The notes: generated from the sequence alone by a model not told the origin. Shown: positions 1 through 7,775, counted from the first letter of the stretch. The stretch: DNA of 32,000 nucleotides from Ruficoccus sp. ZRK36 (GCF_019603315.1 NZ_CP080649.1:3627436-3659435), one strand, 5' to 3'. Program-made: numbers and translations.

Positions 1-2
1 AC

Positions 3-914
3 ATCCAGGAGTGTGAAGCTCACGGCGGTATGACCAAGGCCATCGAAGCCGGTCTGCCCAAGCTCCGCATCGAGGAAGCCGCCGCGCGCCGCCAGGCCCG
101 CATCGACTCCTCGCAGGAAACCATCGTCGGCCTCAACAAGTACCGCCTCGATAAGGAAGACCCGCTCGACATTCTCGACATCGACAACACAGCCGTGCGC
201 GAGTCGCAGATCAAGCGTCTGCAAAAGCTCCGCGCCGAGCGCGACGAGTCGGCCTGCCGTGCCATCCTCGAGGAAATGACTCAGGTCGCCGCCGGGGACA
301 AGAAGGGCAACCTGCTCGCCCTCGCTGTCGAGGCCGCCAAGGCCCGTGCTTCGCTGGGTGAAATCTCCGACGCCATGGAAAAGCCCTTCGGCCGCTACAA
401 GGCGCAAATCCGCTCGATCTCCGGCGTGTACTCGAAGGAGTTCGGCTCAAACAGCCAGCAGATGGAAGAAATCAGCAAGATGATCAAAACCTTCGAAGAG
501 AAGGAAGGCCGCCGTCCGCGCATCATGATCGCCAAGATGGGTCAGGACGGCCACGACCGCGGCGCCAAGGTGGTCTCCACCGCCTACGCCGACATGGGCT
601 TCGATGTGGACATCGGCCCGCTCTTCCAGACTCCGGAGGAAACCGCCCGTCAGGCCGTCGAGAACGACGTCCACATGATCGGGATGAGCTCGCTGGCCGC
701 TGGTCACAAGACCCTGCTGCCGACACTCGCCGGTGAGCTGAAGAAGCTCGGTCGCGAGGATATCCTCATCGTCTGCGGCGGTGTCATCCCCGCTCAGGAC
801 TACGACTACCTCCTGTCCAATGGCGCCAGCGCCATCTTCGGCCCCGGTACCATCATTCCGGAAAGTGCGAAGAAGATGCTGGAGCTGCTCCTCGAGCAGC
901 AGGCAGAAGCCTAA
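3..914 (+). CDS. mutB: Methylmalonyl-CoA mutase large (catalytic) subunit, C-terminal part with cobalamin-binding domain; 5' end lies outside the window
   Basis: The frame of ORF 30..914 stays open back to nt 3 (IQECEAHGG-MTKAIEAGLPKLRIEEAAARRQARIDS...). It has the typical MCM linker followed by a B12-binding Rossmann domain with the DxHxxG motif (GQDGHDRGAKVV) and GMSSLAAGH / CGGVIP segments. TAA at 912-914. Confidence 0.9.
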   Translation: MQECEAHGGMTKAIEAGLPKLRIEEAAARRQARIDSSQETIVGLNKYRLDKEDPLDILDIDNTAVRESQIKRLQKLRAERDESACRAILEEMTQVAAGDKKGNLLALAVEAAKARASLGEISDAMEKPFGRYKAQIRSISGVYSKEFGSNSQQMEEISKMIKTFEEKEGRRPRIMIAKMGQDGHDRGAKVVSTAYADMGFDVDIGPLFQTPEETARQAVENDVHMIGMSSLAAGHKTLLPTLAGELKKLGREDILIVCGGVIPAQDYDYLLSNGASAIFGPGTIIPESAKKMLELLLEQQAEA

Positions 915-943
915 GTCCGAAGCTGGATTTCCAATCCTTTACA

Positions 944-975
944 CAGGCGTCCCACACCGGGGCGCCTGTTTTTTT
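944..975 (+). terminator. Rho-independent terminator downstream of the mutase gene
   Basis: 10-bp GC-rich stem CAGGCGTCCC (944-953) / GGGGCGCCTG (959-968) with one U-G pair and a 5-nt loop, followed by T7 (969-975). It starts 30 nt after the stop codon. Confidence 0.8.
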
Positions 976-1081
976 ATCGATACCGGACAGCCTCCGCACC
1001 TCGTCTTCAGTTGAACGATTTCCCCTGAGCACAGAGCCCGAGGCAAAACGATCCGACAATCAAGCGGTGCAGCAACGGTAC

Positions 1082-1110
1082 AAAAAAAGAGCCGCACATA
1101 CATGCGGCTC
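1082..1110 (-). terminator. Rho-independent terminator of the 1144..2133 gene
   Basis: Read on the minus strand: stem GAGCCGCA / TGCGGCTC (1089-1096 / 1103-1110), 6-nt loop, then a T7 run (A-run 1082-1088 on plus). About 35 nt downstream of the TAG at 1144-1146. Confidence 0.75.
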
Positions 1111-1143
1111 CTGGAAAAAATGATTAAGAAGAGCTAACGGGCT

Positions 1144-2133
1144 CTACATCGCCCGTGCCGGACGCTGGAAGTCGGGTTTGCGGGTGAACACTGGCGGCTT
1201 CGGCGCTCCATCGTCAGAGATGATCACCGGCATATAGACCACTCTGGTGTTTGGAGCGACAGGGCCGACCAAAGGACTTGGCGGCATCATGGACTGCTGA
1301 GGAGCAGCAGGCATACTGGCGTATTCGCGGGGCCGCGCCGGCGCATCGGGGCGGATGGGGCCGACCTTCTTCATGAAAGATGCTTTAGCGGGACCGCTTA
1401 AACCTTGCTCACCATGGAGTTCATTCGCTTTGACGTAGCTCATATCGTCGAGCTCGTGCATCAGGGTCGCCTCTTCCCTGGCTTTGCGCAGCATTTCTGC
1501 CAACTGTTCTTCAAAGCCATCGGATTCCTCCAGCTCACGCTGACGGCGGATATTGCGGACCAGCAGCAACAAACAAAAGGCCATAATCGCGAGGACCCCC
1601 TTAAAGCCGATCCACAGCAACCACTTGAAGGATCCACGAGGAGAATTCACATAGGAAGCCTGCTCCCCCGGAAACGCCTTAGCCATCTGGTAGTTACTCT
1701 CATCAACCTCGGCCCGTTGAGGCTCATCCGCCGTCGTCTCGCTCGCCCCAGGTACGATTGCGTTATAGGCGAGGATTCGATCGGTCAGACGCTTTTCGAG
1801 CTGCTCACGGTACTGAACCGTCTCATCGGACAGTTTACGCTGATCCTTCAGCTTCTGTGCCAGTTCCGTCGGCAGCTTCGACGTCATCGCGGGTAATGTC
1901 TGCTGAGCGGTCGTTTCACCGTCTTCAGAAATCGCTTTGTCACTCAGCCCCAGCGACGATCTTTCCGCTCCTGTCCCATCCGCTGCAGATGCGGTCTCTT
2001 GGGAGTCAATAGCGGGAGGCCCGGAAACGCCATTAGCCCGTAGTTCATAGTGTAACGCAAAGCCCATAAATGCGCATAATATAATACGGCAGACATGCTG
2101 CCTGAATAACCCCATACCACAGTGAGTGTTCAT
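1144..2133 (-). CDS. Hypothetical single-pass membrane protein, paralog A (signal peptide, acidic/coiled-coil ectodomain, one TM, Pro-rich cytoplasmic tail)
   Basis: 329-aa ORF with an ATG start and an N-terminal hydrophobic signal (CRIILCAFMGFALHY). Central TM KWLLWIGFKGVLAIMAFCLLLLVRNIRR (aa ~170-192). Motif FMKKVGPIRPD (nt 1345-1377) and a Pro-rich C-terminus (MMPPSPLVGPVAP...VVYMPVII...PKPP). The same architecture is seen in the neighbouring ORF 2467..3303. No family recognised. Confidence 0.7.
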   Translation of the reverse strand: MNTHCGMGLFRQHVCRIILCAFMGFALHYELRANGVSGPPAIDSQETASAADGTGAERSSLGLSDKAISEDGETTAQQTLPAMTSKLPTELAQKLKDQRKLSDETVQYREQLEKRLTDRILAYNAIVPGASETTADEPQRAEVDESNYQMAKAFPGEQASYVNSPRGSFKWLLWIGFKGVLAIMAFCLLLLVRNIRRQRELEESDGFEEQLAEMLRKAREEATLMHELDDMSYVKANELHGEQGLSGPAKASFMKKVGPIRPDAPARPREYASMPAAPQQSMMPPSPLVGPVAPNTRVVYMPVIISDDGAPKPPVFTRKPDFQRPARAM

Positions 2134-2466
2134 AGCATAAATTTTATGTTTAACCCCAATGATGCTCGTTGAGCACCATAACTTTCTCTAAGACCCAATG
2201 AAAGTGTAGCTTATTGCATGCCACTTGGCGGTCCAGTACAAAGCATGTCAAAATCCGGTAACGACATACATGGCAGATCCTGCAGCACCACAACCCAAGG
2301 CTACCCCAAATAGGGTAAAAAGCCCAGATTCGCAACAAATGACGCTAATCCTCAAACGGACAATAAAACGACCCCACAACAGGTGTCGAAATTGCCCATG
2401 CGACATGTGCCGACATGAGCATACAGCGAGTGCAGCTGACTTTGGTACAACCGTAACCGGCTGTCC

Positions 2467-3303
2467 CTATTGTTTCACTTCCGCTTCCTGCTCCTCAGGG
2501 AGTTCAACCGTGTTTTGCTCAGGTTGATACGGGAAGGGTGCTGGCGTAATCATCGGCATGAAAAAACCCGCGTTCTGGGGCATCGGACCGGGAGGGATAT
2601 GATAGAGCACCGGACCGTAGGGAGGGGGCGGAGGGGGCATATGCCCGGGCGGGCATGGAAAAGGAGCACCGGAATGCGGTCGGCGGAAGGGGCGAAGGTC
2701 CGGCTTGATGGGTCCTTCTTTCTTCAAAAATTCAGTCGGCCGGGCAGCGGATCGGCGGTGGCGACCTCTACTGCTACTGCGGGCATGCTTTTTCCAACGA
2801 TCTTCTTCCTGATCACGGTTGATCGTACTGCCAGCCTCGAGTGGCCGGGATAGCAATGATTTTTCCAGCAATGGCTCACGCTTGGATACACGGCCTGCGT
2901 GCTTATAGCCTTTGCGAACGCTGCGCCACAGCAACAGCAGGTAGACGATGAAGCACGCCGCTACGCCTGCCCCACCCAGCCAGATTCGCCACCAGAGCTT
3001 AGAGCTGGCATGAAGTACCGGCTTTGCATGACCAGCCTGCGTCGCTGCGGGCTCATCCTTTACCCGGCTGCCCCCATCGAGCTGGTAATACAGATCGTTG
3101 ATTTTCGCAGATGCAGCTGCCTTCGACGCCTCGTCGATGTCTACCTGCTGGGCCCGGGAATCTGTATTCTCAGGCTCAGAAGAGGCAGGGGCAGGCTGCG
3201 CCCAGAGGCTTCCTGTAATAAGTACGAAGAGGGGTATAAACAGGAAACTCCTGCCACATGCTTGTGCCTTTAAAGGCGAAGCATAGCTCCGTTGGGGTAT
3301 CAT
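2467..3303 (-). CDS. Hypothetical single-pass membrane protein, paralog B (signal peptide, one TM, basic then poly-Pro tail)
   Basis: The ORF track starts at a TTG (3336) that lies inside a strong hairpin loop. The first ATG (3303-3301) follows the hairpin directly and gives a normal signal peptide: MIPQRSYASPLKAQACGRSFLFIPLFVLITGSLWAQP. TM KLWWRIWLGGAGVAACFIVYLLLLWRSVRK. Motif FLKKEGPIKPD (nt 2698-2730). Tail PPGHMPPPPPPYGPVLYHIPPGPMP...FFMPMIT. Confidence 0.7.
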   Translation of the reverse strand: MIPQRSYASPLKAQACGRSFLFIPLFVLITGSLWAQPAPASSEPENTDSRAQQVDIDEASKAAASAKINDLYYQLDGGSRVKDEPAATQAGHAKPVLHASSKLWWRIWLGGAGVAACFIVYLLLLWRSVRKGYKHAGRVSKREPLLEKSLLSRPLEAGSTINRDQEEDRWKKHARSSSRGRHRRSAARPTEFLKKEGPIKPDLRPFRRPHSGAPFPCPPGHMPPPPPPYGPVLYHIPPGPMPQNAGFFMPMITPAPFPYQPEQNTVELPEEQEAEVKQ

Positions 3304-3305
3304 TT

Positions 3306-3356
3306 GTGAGTAGTCTAGAATCGATGCCTCGGGCAAGGCAAGCCTAGACTACTCAC
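3306..3356 (-). other. Strong stem-loop (13-bp perfect inverted repeat) between the carboxyltransferase gene and paralog B
   Basis: GTGAGTAGTCTAG (3306-3318) is the exact reverse complement of CTAGACTACTCAC (3344-3356). The 25-nt loop can add an inner 5-bp stem (TGCCT/AGGCA). No U-tract follows on either strand. It sits 15 nt after the upstream stop and 2 nt before the ATG at 3303. Confidence 0.7.
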
Positions 3357-3370
3357 CCTAGATTCTGCTA

Positions 3371-4897
3371 CTAAAGTTCTTCAATTGATACGTCGTGCTG
3401 CTTCCCCTCAATTTTCAGGCTCAGGCGCGTCACACGTCCGGGAACCGAAGTGTAGGAGGCCGGTGCAGCGGCGGGCGCAGAGACCTGAACCGGCTGCTGT
3501 GCCGGAGCCGGAGCGGCAGCCGGGGCCGGAGCTTCCTTCGGGGCGTAATGCTTTTCCAGCTGAGCCGGGAACATCGCGTGGATCACGCAGTGCTCGTCGT
3601 CGTTGGGAAGACCCTTTTCGGTGAGTTCCTTCTTCAGATCATCCATGTGCTTGTGGTTGGAGCCGGGGGCTTCAACCGGGCGGCAGGTGATCGGGTCCTT
3701 CTGGAACTGCTTGGCAGCCAGCATCTGGAGATCCTTATCCACCGGAGCGGGCGTAGTGCCATAATACCCTAGTGCGATATCGGCAGCCTGCGGAGAAATC
3801 TGCTTCCAGCGGCCAAACTTCACGTTGAGGAAGGCCTGCATACCGACGATCTGCGAGGTCGGCGTCACCAGCGGGATCCAGCCAAGGGCTTTGCGGACGA
3901 CGGGGATCTCGGCAAAGACTTCCTCGAACTTGTCTTCCATCTTCTGCTCCTTGAGCTGGTTGCGGAAGTTCGAGAGCATGCCACCGGGGACCTGATAGAT
4001 CAGGGTATCGGTGTCCACGATCTCGTTCTTGTGGCTGGTGAAGTCGCTCAGTTCGGCATAAACCTTGTTCAGGTGCGCACGTACGCGAGCCAGGCGCTCG
4101 TCATTCTCCGAAGACCACTTCGGGGCGCGCGGGTGGCCCTCCAGCAAAGCCAGCATACGGGAAGTGTCAGGCTGGCCGGTACCATTAGCAAAGGGGATCA
4201 CGCCCAGGTCAACGGCGTCAACACCGGCATCAATCGCGGCCATGTAGGTGGCAGCGCCGAGGCCGGCGGTTTCGTGGGTGTGCATCCACACCGGGATCTT
4301 CACCTTGGACTTGAGTCCGGCGATGATAGCGGCAGCGCGCATGGGCGGGACGAGGCCGGCCATGTCCTTGAGGACGATACCGGTGGCCCCCATGGCCTCC
4401 AGGCGGCTACCCAGCTCGATAAACTTCTCCGTCGTGTGGACGGGGCTGGTGGTGTAGCAAATGGTGCCGTGCGCCTCTGCCCCGGCCTCACGGGCGGCGC
4501 GGATGGCCGTCTCCATGTTACGCGGGTCGTTAAGGGCGTCGAAAATGCGGAAAATGTTCATCCCGTGCTTGGCCGAGAGCTTGATGAAGCTGGAGACCAC
4601 GTCGTCCGGGAAGTGCGCGTACTGCACGATATTCTGCCCACGCAGGAGCATCATGTGCGGGGTCTTTGGGCAGGCTTTTTTCAGAGCGTCGAGCCGGTCA
4701 AAGGGAAATTCATCCAAAAAGCGCAGCCCAGAGTCGATCGTCGCCCCACCCCAGGTCTCCAGCGCACCGAAGCCGCAGTTATCGAGATCTTCACAGACCG
4801 GCAGCATCTGCTCGGTCTTCATGCGGGTGGCCGCGAGGGATTGGTGCCCATCGCGCAGGACATTGTTGTTGAAAGTAACGGGAACGCTATCGCTCAT
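3371..4897 (-). CDS. Carboxyltransferase 5S-type subunit (oxaloacetate decarboxylase alpha / methylmalonyl-CoA carboxyltransferase 5S / pyruvate carboxylase subunit B family), without a biotinyl domain
   Basis: 508 aa. The N-terminal HMGL-like TIM barrel begins FNNNVLRDGHQSLAATRM...ETWGGATID..., followed by the conserved PYC_OADA region. The C-terminus is an Ala/Pro linker (APAPAAAPAPAQQP...) plus about 25 aa. No A/V-M-K-M biotinylation motif is visible. Confidence 0.85.
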   Translation of the reverse strand: MSDSVPVTFNNNVLRDGHQSLAATRMKTEQMLPVCEDLDNCGFGALETWGGATIDSGLRFLDEFPFDRLDALKKACPKTPHMMLLRGQNIVQYAHFPDDVVSSFIKLSAKHGMNIFRIFDALNDPRNMETAIRAAREAGAEAHGTICYTTSPVHTTEKFIELGSRLEAMGATGIVLKDMAGLVPPMRAAAIIAGLKSKVKIPVWMHTHETAGLGAATYMAAIDAGVDAVDLGVIPFANGTGQPDTSRMLALLEGHPRAPKWSSENDERLARVRAHLNKVYAELSDFTSHKNEIVDTDTLIYQVPGGMLSNFRNQLKEQKMEDKFEEVFAEIPVVRKALGWIPLVTPTSQIVGMQAFLNVKFGRWKQISPQAADIALGYYGTTPAPVDKDLQMLAAKQFQKDPITCRPVEAPGSNHKHMDDLKKELTEKGLPNDDEHCVIHAMFPAQLEKHYAPKEAPAPAAAPAPAQQPVQVSAPAAAPASYTSVPGRVTRLSLKIEGKQHDVSIEEL

Positions 4898-5016
4898 GGT
4901 AGAGTAATAAACCCATTAACTTGCCCCTGACAACTCTTTGATCGCATGAACCTGCGATCATTAAGCGACCTTAAAGCCTTTCCAACCGTTGCCTCTGACT
5001 TTCGCCAACGACGGTG

Positions 5017-5685
5017 CTACTTCTTCTTGGACGCTTTCTTGGCCGCCTTCTTCTTCTTTTTCGCGGCTTTCTTATCAGCGCTCTTCTTTTTGACGGCTGA
5101 CTTCTTGAGGGCCTTTTTCGCGGCTTTCTTTTTGCGCTTCGGCTTTTCCTCCTCGGCGGCCTTGGCTTTCTTACGACCGATCTTCTCGGCCTTTTTCTTG
5201 TTTTTCAGCAGCTTGCGCAGCTTGGGCCAGAACTCGCGCGCCACGATGTAGCCGATGCAGTTCTCGGATCCACAGCGGCAGGGGTGGTCCATGAAGTGCT
5301 GGATATCGTAGCCGTAGTCAAAGCCCAGCTCCTCGCCTTCCTTGATGTCCCGCATGGAGACGATCCAGATCTCGCCGTCATAGTTGACTGCTTCGCAGTT
5401 GGGGTCACAGGAGTGGTTAACGTACTTGGCCGGGTTGTTGGGCACATTCCCGTCCAGATCGTAGCGCTTGTTCAGATCAAAGATGTAGACCAGCCCTTCG
5501 CCCTTCTTGCGGGCTTTTTCCTCCCACTCGAGCGCACGACGGGTCGATTCCTTTTTCGGGATCTTCTCGCCGATGTACTGGATGACGCGCGTCCCCGCCT
5601 CGATGTCGGCAGTGGCAAACATCCCCTGGTTGTGGATGCTGGACTTACGCAGTTCCCAAAGCTGGCCCTCTTCTTTTTTTGCCAT
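5017..5685 (-). CDS. SET-domain protein-lysine methyltransferase with a C-terminal Lys/Ala-rich histone-H1-like tail
   Basis: ATG at 5685-5683 is preceded by GGAGG (5690-5694 on plus, 4-nt spacer). The track's longer start (5724) is a TTG. SET signature blocks are NHSCDPNC and ELGFDYGY, with a post-[11 protein letters not shown] (CxCxxxxC). The last ~68 aa are about half lysine (KKAAKK / KKKS repeats). Confidence 0.85.
   Translation of the reverse strand: MAKKEEGQLWELRKSSIHNQGMFATADIEAGTRVIQYIGEKIPKKESTRRALEWEEKARKKGEGLVYIFDLNKRYDLDGNVPNNPAKYVNHSCDPNCEAVNYDGEIWIVSMRDIKEGEELGFDYGYDIQHFMDHPCRCGSENCIGYIVAREFWPKLRKLLKNKKKAEKIGRKKAKAAEEEKPKRKKKAAKKALKKSAVKKKSADKKAAKKKKKAAKKASKKK
5020..5223 (-). 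repeat. Low-complexity AAG/AAA/GCN codon repeat tract encoding the Lys/Ala tail of the SET protein
   Basis: The plus strand reads as reiterated CTTCTT / TTTCTT / GGC(C/G)TT units. This generates the F/A-rich shadow ORF 4946..5251 on the opposite strand. Confidence 0.8.
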
Positions 5686-5760
5686 AAAGCCTCCAACATT
5701 CAGATGCCCTGCCCCGTGGCGCAAGCCCCAAGCACCGCACCGCCTCGTTTTTATTCACAC

Positions 5761-5787
5761 AAAAAAGCAGCACCTGAGGTGCTGCTT
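5761..5787 (-). terminator. Rho-independent terminator of the MFS transporter gene
   Basis: Read on the minus strand: stem GCAGCACC / GGTGCTGC (5767-5774 / 5778-5785) with a tight loop, followed by T6 (A-run 5761-5766 on plus). A second GC hairpin (CCCCGGC/GCCGGGG, 5813-5830) lies closer to the stop codon at 5871. Confidence 0.7.
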
Positions 5788-5870
5788 CGATAAAGGCCCC
5801 TCCACCAGCTGCCCCCGGCCAAAGCCGGGGACAGGGGTGAATGAGAAATTGCGAGTCACGCTCGGTGTGC

Positions 5871-7277
5871 TTAGCGCTCGACCTCGGTATCGCCGGGAGC
5901 CACATAGTTGTCCAGGCCACCGTAGTTCTGCATCTTGCGGTAGACTGCGAGAGCGAGAACCAGCGAGATAACCGCAAGCACCAGACCACAGCCGTAGATC
6001 AACTGATACCTGTCGCCACTCACATCAATAATAGTTCCAACAAAAGGTCCGATCGCGATCGCACACATCGAGGTAAAGATCCCCCCGGCCGAGGAGAACT
6101 GGGCGAACTTGCTGTGCGGGTAAAGGCGCATCCCCAGTGAGGCGTCCGTCGTAAAGAAGCAGCCCGAGGTCACCCCGTGCGCCACCCATGCGATCAGGTA
6201 GCCCTCTTGACTGTTTGAGAAGAACAACCCCCAGAGAGTCGCCAGGATGTACATGACAAAACAGATCATGATCATGCGCAAGGGGTGAAACAGGTCCACC
6301 AGCCAGCCCAGGAAGTACGACAGGCAGAGCGAGATCGTAAAGGTTAGGGCAAGCGCCTTACCGTACATATCCATGCTCACATTCAGATGGTGGGCATAGG
6401 GCAGTGCAAAGAGATTCACTGGCATATAGGTCAGTGTCCCGAAGGTGAAGAGCAGGAAGATCAGCAGATAGTAAGGGTTGGTAAAACATTCCTTCACATA
6501 CAGCTTTGCCCCGCGCCAGAACCCTACCATCAGGTTCGGCTTATCCGGATCCTTGGGGGGAGGCGGCGGATAGTCGCCCTCCTTGACCTTAAAACACACA
6601 ACCATGAACGAGCAGCCGTAGAACACGCCGACAATCGTCAGAATCAGCGTAAAGTACTCCGGCACATGCCCCATGATCCAGTAGTTGAAGACAATCCCGT
6701 CGATCAGGCTGATCGCTCGGAACAGTCCGTAGAAGCGCCCGAGAAGCTCCCGAGGAACAACGTCGTTAATCAGACCACCAAACACCGCGCGACCTGCGAT
6801 CGTCGCAAACTCGAAGAAGGCCCAGAACACTGCGAAGCATATCACCGCCACGACCCACTCAGGCTCATCCGGAAAGTGCGAGTGCACCCACCTGGCAATC
6901 AGCGGCGTAATAGCGATACCGAGGATACCCACCGCCGCGAACGGCGTCGTGATCATCAAGAAGGGAATACGACGGCCCCACTTCCCGCGGTGACGGTCGG
7001 ATTTCACGCTGATGATCGGTCCGAGGATCAGACCGATAAAAGCCGGGAAGGAGCTGACAATCAGGCCGAACACCCAATTGGGAACCTCCATCTCGCTGAG
7101 GTACCACTGGGACATCGGTCCCACTGAGCGGTCACGCGTCGACCAGGCAAAGTCCCCGAGGAACAACCACCCGAAAAGCGCGAGCAGCCCCCCGAAGGTA
7201 TACGTTATGGTCCCGACTTTCCAAGTCTTGTGACCGTGCTTCTTATGGATATTGGAGGGCAGTAGTTTTGAGATCAT
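5871..7277 (-). CDS. MFS-superfamily transporter, GPH/SLC45-like (glycoside-type cation symporter family)
   Basis: 468 aa, about 12 predicted TM helices, with a loop 2-3 motif SDRHRGKWGRRIPF (D-R-x-GRR-x-P, typical of GPH/sucrose-transporter-like MFS). ATG start at 7277. Substrate cannot be inferred. Confidence 0.75.
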   Translation of the reverse strand: MISKLLPSNIHKKHGHKTWKVGTITYTFGGLLALFGWLFLGDFAWSTRDRSVGPMSQWYLSEMEVPNWVFGLIVSSFPAFIGLILGPIISVKSDRHRGKWGRRIPFLMITTPFAAVGILGIAITPLIARWVHSHFPDEPEWVVAVICFAVFWAFFEFATIAGRAVFGGLINDVVPRELLGRFYGLFRAISLIDGIVFNYWIMGHVPEYFTLILTIVGVFYGCSFMVVCFKVKEGDYPPPPPKDPDKPNLMVGFWRGAKLYVKECFTNPYYLLIFLLFTFGTLTYMPVNLFALPYAHHLNVSMDMYGKALALTFTISLCLSYFLGWLVDLFHPLRMIMICFVMYILATLWGLFFSNSQEGYLIAWVAHGVTSGCFFTTDASLGMRLYPHSKFAQFSSAGGIFTSMCAIAIGPFVGTIIDVSGDRYQLIYGCGLVLAVISLVLALAVYRKMQNYGGLDNYVAPGDTEVER

Positions 7278-7493
7278 CGAACGAGTAAAAATGCGCAGTA
7301 TGATTCCCGGTTAAACATGTTCAAGGGTTATCAACGTGGCCTTTATAGTTAAAACTAATCATCTACATGAATGATAGATTTACTTCAGCCACAACCCCAG
7401 TAAACAAGAGGGGTTCAGGGATTTTCTACAGCCGAGGTTTTCCCGAATCGTATTTTACTAGCACAGTATAGTGCCCCTCTCGGAAGCATCCCA

Positions 7494-7775
7494 TCAGAGG
7501 GAAAAACGGTGGGCAGGGATCCCCGCCTCCACCGAGCGGTGGAAGAACTTTTCGGCCTGCCCGACCAGTCGCGAGCACTGCTTATAACCACCGACCCAGG
7601 AGTTCTCCGCGCAGACGCGCTTAAGTACCCCACCGGTGACATTCCCCGAGCCATCCAGACGCGGCTCAAACTCGACCCACAGGCGGGGCTTATCCAGATG
7701 GTGGACGATGACGCTCACCCGCTCGCCTTCACGGTGCTCGACCATGAGGAAGCGTGGTGTGTCCGGTGCGTTCAT
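7494..7775 (-). CDS. Hypothetical 93-aa protein, translationally coupled to gpsA
   Basis: Its ATG (7775-7773) overlaps the gpsA TAA (7777-7775) by 1 nt (TAATG). Codons are GC3-rich like the neighbouring genes. No recognisable domain. Confidence 0.5.
   Translation of the reverse strand: MNAPDTPRFLMVEHREGERVSVIVHHLDKPRLWVEFEPRLDGSGNVTGGVLKRVCAENSWVGGYKQCSRLVGQAEKFFHRSVEAGIPAHRFSL

Noticed and set aside
2150-2338. 62-aa Cys/Trp-rich small ORF in the spacer between the paralogs
   Set aside because: TTG start, no SD, AT-rich third positions unlike real genes here, and overlap with an equally unconvincing plus-strand ORF.
3304-3336. Upstream TTG start extending paralog B by 11 codons
   Set aside because: The TTG lies in the loop of the 13-bp hairpin. 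The downstream ATG gives a canonical signal peptide.
4031-4930. 299-aa plus-strand ORF
   Set aside because: Antisense shadow of the carboxyltransferase gene.
4940-4959. 7-bp hairpin GATCGCA/TGCGATC downstream of the SET gene
   Set aside because: Short stem with no T-tract on the transcribed strand. Not enough to call a terminator.
4946-5251. 101-aa Phe/Ala-rich, membrane-looking plus-strand ORF
   Set aside because: It is simply the complement of the Lys/Ala codon repeats (AAG/AAA/GCC) of the SET-protein tail. The minus-strand reading is continuous with a bona fide SET domain.
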